From NCBI RefSeq assembly GCF_009834535.1, contig NC_045698.1, positions 5,148,001 through 5,212,000 of the forward strand: a stretch of DNA of 64,000 nt, in the 5' to 3' direction. Below are positions 1 through 14,014 of this stretch, piece by piece. Made by a program: the position numbers and the translations under genes. The notes beneath the pieces were generated by a model, which saw only the letters and a list, made by a program, of their open reading frames with translations, made no database searches and was not told the DNA's origin. Numbering within the stretch: position 1 is the stretch's first letter; every line of letters starts with the position of its first letter. This DNA is from Camelus ferus. Lineage: Eukaryota.

Positions 1-300
1 AGAGGGTCCACTGAGTACCTGAGAAAAATGACCCAAAACGGTCAATGCCACTGCATTTGTGAGAAATCTACTGGATTTTAAAGAGAAGAACACATGTTCA
101 GGTTCCATACAAAAAGCCCCATCACTCAGAGAAAAGAATAACAGATTGACTTCAGAATTCTCTATGTTGACCCAGCAAGCAAAACAGCAATGAAGCAATG
201 ATTTAAGGAACTCCAGGGTATCTTTTATATGAACTTGTAATTTTATATCCAGCCCAGTTGCCTTCCAAGAATCAAAAACCCGAGTAATGCTGTAGTCATG
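1..300 (+). mobile_element. Ancient L1 (L1M/HAL1-type) ORF1-region remnant
   Basis: Decayed similarity to L1 ORF1 (agggtccactgagtacc...cagattgacttcagaattctc). Further decayed ORF2-like pieces lie near 1760-1975 and 3000-3250. Confidence 0.5.
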
Positions 301-849
301 AGTCCTTCCTGAGCAGCTGAGGAGAGCAGCACTCCTCAGACTGTTGTCTCGTGATGTGGAGAAAAGGACCTTGTTCCAGAACGTAACTCAGCACACCACT
401 TGCTTTCATGAGTTAAACATGGGGGAAAAAAGAGTTAACTGAACTGAACAATGTCCTCAGTGCAGTAATTCATTGAATTCTGGCACAAGGTTCTTAACTT
501 CTGTTGCACTGGTTGCCGGTCCGCAGACCACACTTTGAGTGGTACCAGACGAAAGGATGAGGTTTATCCAAGAATAAGGGGTAAAGGGGCTCTTACACCA
601 GAGGGCTGATCATGCGCACTGAGTATACTGACTTTTACAAGATGTGCATGAAGTCTGGAGCATAGGCGAACATTCTCAGTGTTTCCTAGGGTATCTTCAT
701 TCTGTACAACAACAATAATAAAGATGGTATCTATTTCTAAAGTTTGTGGATACTGTGTCAATCTAAGAGTAAAATGACAGTGAGGACAAATACGGGAAAG
801 CAGTATGTATAAATATATTTTCTGAAAAGACAGAGGTGATACAATTTTA

Positions 850-1530
850 AAATGGGAGGAATATTGACAATGATACTGAGCAGATGACACTCTCACATAC
901 TGCTTTTGGTAGTGAGATTGGTTCAACTACTTGGAAAACTTTAAAATTAGTTCACAGGTCAGCACGTCCATAGCCTACTATGCAGCAATTGTGTTCAGTT
1001 TATCTTCAATATATGTATATAAATATAGTCATCAAAAGATATGTACAAGAATGCCCATAGCAGCACTTGGTGGTAATAGTGAAATCTAGAAACTACCCAC
1101 ATGTCCATTAGCAAAAAATGACTAAGCAAGCTGTGGTATGTCCACGCAGTGGGAAGCTAGAAACCAGGGGAATGAAGGACCCATGATGAGTGGACTTAAC
1201 GACATGGATGAATCCCACAAACGTAATGGTGATCAGAAAAAAACAAACATAAAAGGATACATGTGGTAGGATTCCATTCATATAAAGGTTAAAACCAGTC
1301 AAAGTTAATGTCTGGCATTTGAAGTCAGGCTCATGATTACCTTTGTGGGTGGCAGGTGTGGCTGCTGCTGGGCGAGGGAATGCCCAAGGACAGATTTCTG
1401 GAAAGCTTGACATATTCTGTTTATTGTTCTGGGTTCTGATTATACCACGTATTTTGCTTTGTGAAATCCATTATGCTATGCAGTTAAATACTTTGCAGTT
1501 CTGTGTGGATGTCACACTTAAATGAAAGCT
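850..1530 (+). mobile_element. Old L1 (L1ME/MC-like) 3' end
   Basis: Typical motifs: ctctcacatactgc, atgtacaagaatgcccatagcagcactt, catggatgaatcccacaaac, attccattcatataaag. Confidence 0.75.
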
Positions 1531-1672
1531 TCACAATAGGGAGCAAAGAGAAAAGAAGAAAACTAAAGCGAGCTCCTTGATTGTTACTTAGGTAATAAAT
1601 AAGGCTCAAAGGACAGAATTTAAAGCTGACAAAATAAATGGCACACACCTAGTAGGGAAAAGGAGTACTAAT

Positions 1673-1674
<2 letters not shown>

Positions 1675-1708
<34 letters not shown>
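1675..1708. repeat. (GT)17 microsatellite
   Basis: Read directly. Confidence 0.95.
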
Positions 1709-1711
<3 letters not shown>

Positions 1712-2199
1712 GCAGTTACCACTAAAAGATGCAAGCCTTTCTAGATTCAGAGAACTATAATGAAAAAAGAATGAAAACTGTCAATCTAGACAAAGAACTA
1801 CAGTAAGTATAATGTAATCTACACAGTAAAATTAATATAAATGGTTTGACCAAGTTGTAATCTTGCAGTCCTGTCAGTGAATACAAATGGCTTAACCTAC
1901 TTACAAGAAGGAAAACAGTCCTCATATTGGCTCACAGAATAAAGCCCAACTCTTTGCTTTTTACAAGAGACTCACTTGCAGCCAGTCTGAAAGGCTGAAG
2001 AAGCTGGAGCGTGCCCGCTGCCTCCGGGGCTGTGCCCCTCTGACGGAGCCCGTCGCTGTGGGCTTTGTTGTTGCTGTTGTTCTTGTGGACTTATTTGCAG
2101 TACAAGAGGCTCAGAGCCAATTGTGTCTGTTACCTGCTCCAGTGCTGGATTCACCCTTCCTCAAGGAAAATCAAAGCTGGAATAATTTGGACACCAACG

Positions 2200-3000
2200 T
2201 GAATAAGATAGTAGTGGATTATAATCCACAGTCTAAAATGAATATTCATAAATCCACACTGGTATAAACATATGATTTAATGCATAAATAAATGGGCAGA
2301 AGAGTCAAATCTCCAATGCATAAGAATTCCACATAATGTATGTAAATGTTCTGCTTTCAAGTAAGGAGAACATAATTCTCACCCTGCAAGTGTGGTCTGC
2401 ACATGGTAACTTCCTGACGGAGGGCAGTATGGAAGGGGCGGGGTGAGGGTGTAACCTTGTGGTGGAGAAGCCTGATGAACTGATCTCAGCCAGATGGTCA
2501 AGATGAACATCAGCAGCGTTAGGTCACGTGGATAGTACCTGCCCTGACATGGTGCAATGAGGAAGGCACTTTATCTGTGTAGTCTTCCTCCCCGCAGACA
2601 CTTTCTTCCAGGAGAATCATGTGAAAAACACCAGACAAAATTCAGTCAAAAGACAGTCTATAAAATATCTTATGAGTACTCCTCAAAATTATCATGGTCA
2701 TCAAAAACAAGAAAAAGTCTGAGAAATTGTCACCATACAGGGATGTGAGACTGTAATTGGGTATCCTGTCTGGGATTCTAGAACAAAATAGGGACATTAG
2801 GGGAAAACTAAGGACATCTCAATGAACTATGGCATAATAATGTAAGATATTAATAATAATGTAAGATATTAATAATAATGTTAGATGTTATCAAGGAGAA
2901 ACTGCATGCAAGGTGCATGGAAATACTGTATTATCTTTGCAATTTTTCTGTAAGTATAAAACTACCCTAAGAAAATAGTTGATTAAATTTTTTTAAAAAG
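2200..3000 (+). mobile_element. L1MC-like 3' UTR fragment
   Basis: Motifs aagaattccacataat, gtggagaagcctga, ggacattaggggaaaactaagg, tgcaatttttctgtaagtataaaact. Confidence 0.7.
2834..2890. repeat. 19-bp tandem repeat x3 (ATAATAATGTAAGATATTA)
   Basis: Two perfect copies (2834-2871) and one diverged copy (2872-2890). Confidence 0.9.
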
Positions 3001-3326
3001 GAGTTCAAAGTTAACACCAGTTAAATGCAAACAGTGGAAAAAGAGGAGCTATTGTAATACTATCGGGCCAGGTAGAGTAACAGAATAACCACCTTCACCA
3101 AGAAGAAGCTAGAGGAAATGCAAGGAGATGGACAAATACAGACCTAGAATAAGACCTAAACCAGTCACCAATGAAGTAGATCTCAGGGCTCTAAAACACA
3201 TGTGACACCCGAGCACAGAGAATGTATCTTCACCTGATGTGGGTCATCAATAAAAATTCCCTAGGGGGTATTTCTTTATCTGTTGTTTTGATTGTTTCTG
3301 AAAATACATATTCAAAAATAAAATTA

Positions 3327-5435
3327 AATTGGAACTATCAGAAAGAGAAATTTAGAAGACAGCCCCATTTACAATTGCATCATGAAGAACAGAGTAGCTG
3401 AGAATAAATCTTAAGGGGGCAGAGGACTTGCACTTGCAGAACTGTGAGATGTGGTTGAGAGAGATTGAAGACAACAAAAACAGATAGAAAGATACATTGT
3501 GTTCATGGATTGAAAGAACTGATATTGTTCAAATGACAGTGTTACCCAAGGTCATCTACAGATTCAGTGCAACCTCTATCAAAATACAGTGGCATTTTTC
3601 ACAGAACTAGAAAACAAATAATTCTAAAATTGGTACTGAAACACAGAAGACCCTGAAACAGTCTAGAGAAAGAAGAACAAAGCTGGATGTATCATGCACC
3701 TGGATTTTGAACTGTACCAACACGTTACAGTCATCAAAGCCGTATGGTACTGGCACCAAAACAGACACGTAGATCAGTGGAACGGAATAGAGAGTCCAGA
3801 AGTGAACCCACACATGCACAATCAATCTATGGCAAAGGAGGCGAGAACATACAATGGGGAAAAGACAGCTTCTTTAAAAACAGCGTTGGCAAAACTGGGC
3901 GGCTACTTGCAAAAGAATGAAACTGCACTACTCTCTCACACCATGTACAAAAATAAATGCAAAATGAATTAAAGACTGAAATGTAAGACCTGAAACCATA
4001 AAATTTCTAGAAGAAAACAGACAGTAAGCTCTTTGACATCAGAGTTAATAGTAGTATTTTGGATCTGTCTCCTCAGGCAAGGAAAACAAAAGCAAAAATA
4101 AACAAATAGGACTACATCGAACGAAAATGACGTGCACAGTAAAGGAAACTATTAACGAAACAAAAAACCCACCTACTTCATGGGAGAAGATACCTGAAAA
4201 TGATGTGTCTGATAAGGGGTTATATCCAGAACAGACAAAGGACTCATACAACACAGCATCAAAAAACAAAAAAAAAAAAAAAAAACCCCAAATAACCCAA
4301 TGGAAAAATGGGCAGAGGACAAGAATAGACACTTTCCCATAGAAGACATACAGACGGCTAAAAGACACATGAAAAGATGCTCAACATCCTTAATCATCAG
4401 GGAAATGCAAATGAAAACCACAAGGAGGTGTCACCTCAAACCTGTTAGAATGGCTGCTAGTTATCACAAAGGCAGCAAATGTCAAGTGTTGGCTGTGGAT
4501 GCGGAGAAAAGAGAACCTTCGTGCCCTGTTGGTGGGGATGCAAATTGATGAAACCACTATGGAGAACAGTGAGGAAGTTTCTCCAAAAATTAAAACTGGA
4601 ACTACCACATGATCCAGCAGTTCCACTTACGCGTATTTGTCTGAAGAAAATAAAAAAAACACTAGTTCAAAAAGATAGATGCACTCCTACATGTTCACTG
4701 CAGCATTACTTACGATTGCCAAGGCATGAAAGAAGCTGTGTCTATTGATGGATGAACAGATAAAGATGTGTGTGTGTGTGTGTGTGTGTGTTTGTATGTG
4801 TATGTGGGGGGGATGAGTGAAACAGGTGAGGGAGATTAAGAGACAGAAGCTTCCAGTTGCAAAATAAACGAGTCATGGGCATGAAATATACAATGTGGAG
4901 AATACAGTCAACAACTATGTGATGTTGTTGTATGGTGACATATTGTAACTAGACTTATTGTGGAGATTATTTTGAAATGTATTAAAGTATCAAATCTCTA
5001 TGTTGTATAACAGGAACTAATATAGTGTTGTAGGCCAATTATACTTCAAAAACTTCATAGAAAAAGAGATCGAATTCGTGGGTACCCGAAGTAGACTGGT
5101 GAGGATGGCATATTGGATGAAGGCAGTCAAAAGCCACAAGCATCCAGTTATAAGAGAAATAAGTATTAGGGATGTAAGGTACAACATGGTAAATATAATT
5201 ACCACTGCTTTATGTTACATGTAAAAGTTGTTGGGAGTAAATCCTAAGAGTTCTCATCGTATTTTTTCTATTTCTTTAATTTTGTATCTATGTGCTACGA
5301 TTATGTTCGTGAAACTTACTGTGATAATCATTTCATGATGCATGTAAGTCATATTATTAGCTGCACACCTTAAACTTATGCAGTGCTGTATGTCAGTTAT
5401 ATCCCAGTAAAACTGGAAGAATAAATAATAATAAA
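3327..5435 (+). mobile_element. 5'-truncated L1: ORF2 C-terminal region plus 3' UTR (L1MA9-like/laurasiatherian), disrupted
   Basis: ORF pieces [24 protein letters not shown] and [19 protein letters not shown] are diagnostic of L1 ORF2. Frameshifted; A-rich tail at about 5420-5435. Confidence 0.93.
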
Positions 5436-5829
5436 TATGAAAAGCAGAAACAAATCCAACCCTCAAATTAACCTAAACACATAGCGTATTGAGGACCACA
5501 GAGAAAGACAAATCAATTCGAGTAACTTTTGAATGCAGTAGCCTGGCCATATACTCAGTATGGAAAATTTATAAGAACAGAAAGATCTGAAACTCATCCT
5601 GGACTTTACCTGGCTTGCTTTGGCATTTGTACGGATACAGTCATTCTAAAGATACCAGTAGGAGTGTGTGCTGAAGGATGGAGTAAGTGTACTGAGGATT
5701 TCAGGAACCAGTGTTACCTCTGGAGAAGAGAGATACACATATGACTCAAGCAAGATGAAAACAGTGTATCTGTATTGGGTTTAAACTGGAGTCGCTGTGC
5801 ACTCATGACATACAGTTACATTTGTATTT

Positions 5830-5970
5830 TTTAGCTGTGCCATAGAAGTGCCCAGAAAACAGTGGGGTAATGATCACACCTAATACCCAGTTCCTGGTTT
5901 CTAACTATTCTTCCCCTTAAAGAAATCAGGGTCCTTGGAGAGATTCTTGATTCTAGGTCTGAAGTGGAAA
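5830..5970 (+). mobile_element. L1MC4/5-like 3' UTR fragment
   Basis: cacacctaatacccagttcctggtttctaa...aaatcagggtccttggagag. Confidence 0.55.
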
Positions 5971-6550
5971 AGTATTGTTTGAAAATTATCAGCGTGTGCT
6001 TAATCAATTAGCAGACGTGTTTTTCTGAAGTCTAAGTTAGTTGAGAGATTTAATAATTGAAATGATAGTGCCAGGTTTAAGAAATTTTACCTTTATGCAT
6101 ATTCTTACAGAAAACTTTCGAAATCTTTTTTTATTTTGATCCTCGAGTTATAGCTACATTTTAAATAAAAGTCTGTTTTCTCCCCTTGTTGGACGTTCTG
6201 CTTGGAATCTTAGTGATGTTCCATGTAGCTCTGGTTCTGGCATCTGCTTCCCTGTGAGGAAGGGGAGGTGTACAAGCTAATATGAAATTTGGCTCGTTCC
6301 TTAGAGGTTCTGCCCAGCCTTGTAGGTACAATGCAGGCTCAGCGGAGACACTTAAATGTGCAGAATTTCAAAAAATGAACAACTCTGAGCCATAAAACGA
6401 CGTTACTATTCAACAGTAGTTACTTAAGATATTGATGCTTTTTGACCAGAATCATGGATCTTTTATATGTGAACTGAATGTTCTGTGTTGTTCAATAATA
6501 CAGTCTGGTTTGAGAAGAAATTAAGTAGTTTTGAAGTAAAGTGAACATTA

Positions 6551-6746
6551 GGATGAGGGTATAGCTCAGTGGTAGAGTGCTCAGCATGCACAAGGCCCTG
6601 GGTTCGATCCCCAGTCCCTCCATTAAAAAGTAAGTAAATAAATTGATAAGTGAACCTAATTACCTCCCTGCCCCCCCCAAACCAAAAAACCCCCCAAAAT
6701 TAGAAAAAAAAAATAAATCTGAAGAAGAGTAAAAATTGAAAAAAAA
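6551..6746 (+). mobile_element. tRNA-Ala-derived camelid SINE (Vic-1-like)
   Basis: A box TAGCTCAGTGG, B box GGTTCGATCC, body aacctaattacctccc, A-rich tail. Confidence 0.88.
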
Positions 6747-7374
6747 TGTTTAGGTGCCTGCATCACCTCCAGGCTTTGCCCACATTGTCCCCTCTCTCTG
6801 GAATGTTCTTTGGGATAAAGCTGTCCCTGTCTCGGTTTCTGCATCACTCCCTGAATGCTGGCCACGAGCGCCTGTGCCCCGTGTTAGAGCTGCCTGGTTC
6901 TCTGGTCCTTAAGGAGCACTGGCTCCGTGAGAGCAGGACGAGGCGCCCTTTGCCCTCTGCTGTATCCCATGTGGAGCACGGAGCCCGACACACAGTAGGT
7001 GCTTCATGAATGAACAAAAGAAAGGACACCTGACCTCGTTGGACCCCATCTTCGCTCAGAGTATTTGTTTGTTAGTTTCCCCTGGATTCATGGTGTTGCC
7101 ATATGTGCTTTTCCCTGCTCTTAAAGTCCTCCCCCTGAAATATTAAAAGTGTCTGAGATGTGTGCAATTAATCATGTAATAAAATATTAGTAATTAGAGC
7201 GCATCTCAGCAGGTGCACACGTAAGAGTTGGTGAGTACAGGAGACAACAAGAAACCAGTCCTGCGTCTTCTCTCACCTCGTTTATTGTGAGATGGGCTTA
7301 GTCCTCAAGTCACGTCAGTTTAGTAGCTGCATGCGGGGTTGGGGCTGAACACTGGGGCAAGTGAGGGGGGTGTT

Positions 7375-7530
7375 GGGGTGCAGACTCTGACGTCAGACTC
7401 CCAGGGTTTCAGCCCACATGCTGCCCCTGCGGTTAGGGTGGACCTGGACAAGGTGCCTCCTGTCTCTGTGACTCAGGTTTCCTTATCCATGAAATAACCC
7501 TCCGTTCTGGGGTTGTCACAAGGTTCCGTT
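7375..7530 (+). mobile_element. MIR SINE
   Basis: cagactctgacgtcagac...ctctgtgactcaggtttccttatccatgaaat (MIR core). Confidence 0.65.
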
Positions 7531-10500
7531 GGCTGTATGATGATTATGAACATCGAGAGGAGGGCAGCTCTGTGGTCCCCACCTGGAGGAGCCTTGTGGG
7601 ATTGAGACGAGGGTGCCAGCGTGCGTGTGGGCATCCCCACGGGAGCACGTCAGCTTAGCAGTGGAACAGAGGCAAATCTTAAAGAACAATCACAGTTTAA
7701 CCCATTTTTTTTTAAAGGTAGGGATGGTATTTCAAAAAGGGAGGACAGCATGATGAAGTTATGAGTTCAGTAAAAGAGCAGCACGAACGCACATTTGCTC
7801 TCCCTGTGTTTGTCCTTCATGGGCATTTATAAGCCATAGAAAAACAATGAAATGTAAGTTCAGCGAACGTGTCGGCTTGTGCCCTTGATGTGGATGTGCT
7901 TTTGTGCGAAGCTCTGTCTCAGTTGCCTTGGCTTCTGGGGTTGAGAGAGACACCTGGTAGGCTTCTGGAGACGGTATCCACCTGCGACATTCTGGCTCAG
8001 GGCCCTTTGCCTAACTCCGTCTACCTGGCATTCTGCCTCTTAGATCAAGGAACCCACTTGCTAAATGACAGCCCAAGTCAGTTATGAACCGGAAAGAAAA
8101 GGGAAATAGACCTAAACACAGATCCAAATATCAGATTTTACAGAGTCTGGAATTGATTATTCCTTTAAATAAAACGTACTCAGTCAATTTCAGCAAATGC
8201 GTTTTCAGTTATGAAAATATCCAGAATGTGAACATTTCCCATTTTTGTTGTTATTATTGCTCTTTGGAACACACTGCCTACGTAAATGGGAATTTACTTA
8301 CACTTACTAATATTTAGGTAGTAATAGGGGAGTTACCACTTCAAAAATAAATATTGTTCAGCCAGAATTAAATGCAGTGCTTTCTCGTCTTTGAAGTGAC
8401 CTTAAAGCGATGCACAGTGTCACAGTGTGCAGTTTGCTACTGGTTTTTATGATGCTGGTGGTGGGTGGGGGTGGGGAGGAATCGTGTCTTTAAATTGCAT
8501 GAAACATGTCATAAAAATGTGACATAAGCCCGAAGCTTAATAACCCTGAGATTTTAAAATAATACTTAGCTTGTGTATGTAGTTACTGATCAACTCTGCA
8601 GTTACAGGACCTTAGATACCCAGTGGGATCTTTGAGTTCATTTTGTTAACGGAATTTGTTTTATTTTATGACAATTATCCATGATTATTTTGTAAGATTA
8701 AACAACAAAAATATATAAATGAAAAGTTAAAAAAATAATAACTTAGAAAGATCACATCCTGTTTAAACCGTGGTGCCCTGTATAAAGTGGGAGGGCTGCT
8801 GGGGGGCAGGGGGTGGTGGCTTGGACCCTTTCCGTCTGTGAAAAGTAATAATAATGAAAAGAACCAAAGACAGTAATTCTGGTGTCTGAGAGTGAAATTA
8901 CTGCTGTGGGTCAGACCTGCTCTGAAGACCATCCAGTTTTCACTGACGTACAGGAGGGAACAGAAGGAACTGGGGCGGCCACCAGGCTGATGGTTGGAGT
9001 TGAGGGCTGTGGCAGGAAGTTGTATAATTCAAGAATTGAAAGCCCCCCTGAGCCAACGCAGACACTAAAATAATTCATCTTACAGCTCAAAGATATGCAT
9101 TCTTCCTTTTGAGATCTGCCTCTTGCAGAATGAGAGAAAAAGCAAACAAAAGCATTTAGAACTCGGTGGGTCTTTTTGTATTAAGACCCCACGGCACAGA
9201 CGCACAGCTCCACCGGAAGCTGACTTATGTAGATGTTGAATACACAAGTATCAAATGGAGGCTCAAAACAATATTTGTTTTAGATGAATAATACACTCAT
9301 TTTCCCCGCTTGAGTTTTTCTCATTTGAAGCACTGGCCTTTCAAATTAAATAAATATAATGTTTCAAAAGAATATGGGCATGAATATTCATAAAGACCAA
9401 AACAGTGAATATAAATAAAAGCCCTTTTACATAACATTTTATTTTTTTATGAGGACCTTGCTGATGTATTTTTTTGTTCTTCTAAAATAATGTTGTTCAA
9501 AGTGATTTTCCAGGACACTCTTCTACGAAGCCTACCTGTTATTGAAGTAGTGATAACTGCTTTTCCAGATCTTCATGCAACAGTATTTTCCTTGACATGA
9601 ATTGAAATGAGATAACATTTGCTTATACAGCTCATTAGCCATAGATTCAGCCTCGCATGGTGCCAACTCCTCAGTAAAGTGTTTGTCTAAACAATTGGAG
9701 GACGGTAAAAATAGAAAACAAAATTTTAAAAGATTATGTGCCCTGAAAAATGTAGCTAGTTCATGCACATAAAGTATGACAGAACGTTTCTAGGTGTTTC
9801 TATATAAAAACCAGTGATTTAAAGGTTCAAAATGCACATGTGTGCAAGATTTTATGTTATCATAAACTGGGAACACAAACAGGGAAGATCTTATCCCAGT
9901 TTTTTAAGGGGTAGAGGTAAAGGTAGAATGAAACAGCTGACATTTGAATAGGAGAAAGAGAAACAAATTAAGACTGTGGTTATTTTTGCCCAAACAACTG
10001 GTTGAAAAGGAGATGGTATACCCTTTGATTGACTAATTCTGCTAGTGGCGTTGTCCTGCTATTCTTATTTTAAGTAATCCCTGAGATTACTGAGAGTAGA
10101 GGTGCGTCATTGTCTGCTTTATAACACTGGCCATCCAAGGCTGGAACTGTCCTTGAATACATGACCTCATAATCCATGCTAACTTAACGGCAGTATATAT
10201 CGTCATTTAAATCTGCAAGTTAATGAAGGTGAGGTTGATGTAATTGCAGTAGGAAAGGTTAAATTTGTGACAGGTTGTTTTTGACTGTCCAAAATCCACT
10301 TGCTACATTGGAAGGATGGGAAGTTCTTCACTGGAAGGGTGGGATCATGGACCATTCTGGCACATGCAGAGAGGGGGCCATGGAGAGATGAAAATGTTCA
10401 CGGAGTCATTTTTGTAAAAAAAAATCTAAGCTCAGAGTAGAACGCTATTTACCACCTCCTGAAATAAATGATTTAAAAAATTATCAAAGAGCATATTATT

Positions 10501-10789
10501 TTTTCCTAATCATGTAACTCGAAAAAGTAAGTAGACAATTTCTAATAAATATCACTTTGCCTGATTGCTTCCAGATGAGCTTGCTATTTTCTTTCTTTGC
10601 ATTTGATGAGAAAAATAATTTTTAAGGAAAAAAGACTTCCCAGTGTTGGAACAAGCTGTTTTGGTAGAGCAGATGGATTCTCAAGGTTCTTTTTATTTTG
10701 AATAAATGCATACCCTGAACATTCACCCTGTGTTGCTCTGTTAACCTGCAGGGATGAGGGTAGAATAACGTTCTAGCTGCAGCAGAAGA

Positions 10790-10880
10790 TCACGGCTTGT
10801 TTTTATGCTGCTTTGTGACTTTGGACAAAATTCTTAACCCCCTCAGCACCTTGGTTTTCCCAATGGTAAAATCAGAAAAT
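10790..10880 (+). mobile_element. MIR core fragment
   Basis: tgtgactttggacaaaattcttaacc...ggttttcccaatggtaaaat. Confidence 0.55.
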
Positions 10881-11214
10881 ACTTGTCAGTAAATCCCATT
10901 TATATTTTGAGATAGACAAAAATGTAAATTTTAGGTTGGATGACATTCTTTACACTGAGAGATATTTCTGGGAACATTCCACTTTTTCTCAGTTCTTTTT
11001 TCTCTTGTTTCTAAAGACTTTATCATGCAATTCAAAGACCTTATGAAGCCTGGACATTTTGGTAAACGACTTTCTTTGAAGCCATGCTTACTAATTATTT
11101 TGCCAATAGGTTAAATTTTTCTAGGTGCTTTATAATAATTCCTTGGGAATCCCAAAGGCAATGACCTATTTTTTAAGTTCATTAGAGTTGCACATCACTT
11201 CTGATCTCAATTGC

Positions 11215-11705
11215 TGTATTAGTCAGATTTCTGCTCTGATAATGCTGAATAACAAGCAACCCCAAATCCAAGTGCCTTGGAGCAATAATAGCATATCCCC
11301 TCCTTCATACTCACTAGTCTGCAGGTTGGATGAATTTGTCTGATCTCTATTAGTCCTACTTAGGCTCAACAGGTAACGTATATTCCAGACTTTGTGTTGG
11401 GTCCAGATCTGCTCCAGGTGTCTTTAATCCAGACCTCATTGAAAGAGATGTATCTTTCTGGACTGTGGCCTCCTCACTGTGGAAGACCAAAACTCCAAGA
11501 GGGCAGGCAGAAATGTGAATTGAGGTCTCCTAAAGCCACAGTTCTGGGCTGCATGCTGTCACATCAGCCACAAACCTGTTACTCAAAGTAAGTTTCAGAA
11601 CCAAGTCCAGAGTCAGTGGAGGAGGAATGAATGCCCCATCTGCTGACTTCCATGGCAAGGGCCAGGAGAGAAGAAAGTTGTGGGCAGATATTTTATCCCA
11701 CCACA
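11215..11705 (-). mobile_element. MaLR LTR (MLT1, old subfamily)
   Basis: Begins tgtattagtcag...ataacaagcaaccccaaatc and ends ccaccaca. Confidence 0.65.
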
Positions 11706-13349
11706 TTTTCTACATGAAGAAACTGTGCCTGAGGAAAGTTCCAGGATGCCTTATCTTCTCATTTTTATCCAGAACAAATCTTTAGAAATCTGAAGAGTTA
11801 CCTTGGGAAATGGGAGTATAACGTGAGGACACTGTACTATTTTTTCCAGTCCCGAGGAACACAGTTGAAATGCTTTTTTAACAAAGAGGATGGTGGCTCA
11901 TGTTCAGACGTAGTAGTTTGCTAATTACTGGTGGAAAGTTGACAGATATTTAACTAAACAAAGCAGACCTGCGGAGAGACCCTGCTCTCTTTCTGTGAGT
12001 ATAAGGAGGAAGAGGAGATACAGGAAACAAATGGACAAGTTTGGAAACTGACCTTCATGCCAAGGGATTTCAGTTGTCTTAATAGGGACCTCATATTATC
12101 CATGATAGCTAACAAAATGCCTTGTATATTGAAGAGTTAAATACTGGTGGATAAATGAATGCATGGATGATGGAGAGAGGAAGATGACACAGAGAGGTAG
12201 ATGGATACGCAGGACCAAACAGGGAAACAGGATGGAGAGAAGGGACTAGGGAAAGGAAACCAGGAGACCACATCAGTCATCGCCAGCTTAAAGTGGGGGC
12301 TGAGGGTTTGGACAGACAGAGGACGGGGGAAGATGGGAAGCCGCCTTTGTTCCTAGGATATCAGGTTTTTTCTCTTTACATCCTCCTATTCTCTTTTTTC
12401 AAGCTTTTTAAAATTTATGATATACCTCCCACCTATTTTAAATTTAAAAAGCACAGTGAAAGTTATTGTTTTACCTCTGGGTCCATCATCAATCTCTCTA
12501 ACTCTGAATAACATTTTCAGGAAAGCGACCCAGTGATTCATGATTTCATCATTACTCTTTTGGAGCACAGACTTTGCATCAAAGAACATAATATGTATTC
12601 TTTTCCTTAATAATACAACATTTAAAGGAAGGTTTTCATATTCCATAAAGATAGAGTTGATATTCAGGAAATACTCTTGGCCAAAAATATCCTTAGAAGA
12701 AATAGACAGTCTTTCCTATCCTTGAGTCTTTAAGGTGTCCCTGAGTTTTTATCCTGAATTTTGGTCATTAAGGATGTTTTGGAATAGTATAGAGTTTATT
12801 TCCAAGAATTTCTAAGTATATATTTCTTAGGGAGAAAGATGGGGTTCTATGTGAACTGTTCAGAATTGGATGAGAGACACTCAGTGAGAGGTGGCTTAAA
12901 TGGACAGGTCAGTTCCTTCTGAAACAAGTGCTTCCATCGGGAAATGGAAGCAGCAGATGGGGCAGTGACCGCAGGGAGGAAAGTGTGGCAAGCAGCCTAG
13001 ACGTCACATACTGTCAGTAATTGCTGGTCTGGTCCTTTTTGCTTCATATTTAGTAGAAATAAAGCTGGAAATCAGTCATTTTTTAAATTGGTCTTAATTT
13101 TAAAATCAAATTGGTCTGGAGGCCTCAAGATATAAGATCTAATAACCAAGTCAACGATGAGTAATTATTCTTCCCAGTTCACTGACTTGACTAACTCAGT
13201 GTCTGTGTAGCGCAGACCTGGGTTAGAACTGTGTGGCAGAGGGGAGTATGTCTCCCTTGTCCCCTGTATCCACCTGGTTGGCCTCCTGGAAACTTTGGAG
13301 TCACTGCTGCCAAAGTGAGAGTGATGCTGAGCACGGAGCCCCGCCTTCC

Positions 13350-13510
13350 AGAGCCCATCAGATCCGTGTGGGTCGCAGGCACGTCACCTGGGAACAGGTG
13401 ATGTTAGAATACAAAGTCGGATTCAGTAAACTCTGGGTGGGGCCCAAGAGCACACGTGTCTAACAGGCTCCCAGGTGAGGCTGAGATCAGGTATAAGCCC
13501 CGTACTCGGT
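13350..13510. mobile_element. hAT-Charlie MITE (MER5A-like)
   Basis: gattcagtaaactctgggtggggcccaagag...taacaggctcccaggtga. A smaller MER5-like remnant lies at about 485-548. Confidence 0.65.
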
Positions 13511-14014
13511 GGGGCGAGGACCTGAGCTTCACAGAGCAAGAGACAGTTCAGGGTTGTTACCGGTCCAGAGCATAACAAGTGCTGAGGGGCTCTGTACCTC
13601 CCACACCCTGGAGGACAGTCAGCCAGGACAAGTGGCGGACTGGGGAGAAGCGGGAAGACAGTGCGTACACCCAGGCAGGAGTCATCTGACAGTTACGGGT
13701 GAGCAGACGCACAGAGCACACAGCTGACTCCACCAAGCTGGTTTAGCTTTCATCACTAGCTCTCAAACAGGGTCTTTAATGATGAACGTGTCTCCCTCTC
13801 AGTTATCCTTGTTACTGATGAGAGGTTGAGATGAGCTGGGATGGAAATGAGTGTGGTCCCTCGTACTGCAGGGGGCGCTGGGAGTTAACGCAAGTCTGCA
13901 GAGCCCAGGTCACACTCGTCAGTTACCCGTCGCCGAGCATGTGCCTCGGGTCCATCAGCTTCCCTGGCTTCCCTGATTGTAACTTCCCTGTGGAATCGCA
14001 CCTGAGTGTTCCGG

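Noticed and set aside
3607..4748. Cluster of ORFs suggesting a gene
   Set aside because: Frameshifted L1 ORF2 fragments and their antisense frames.
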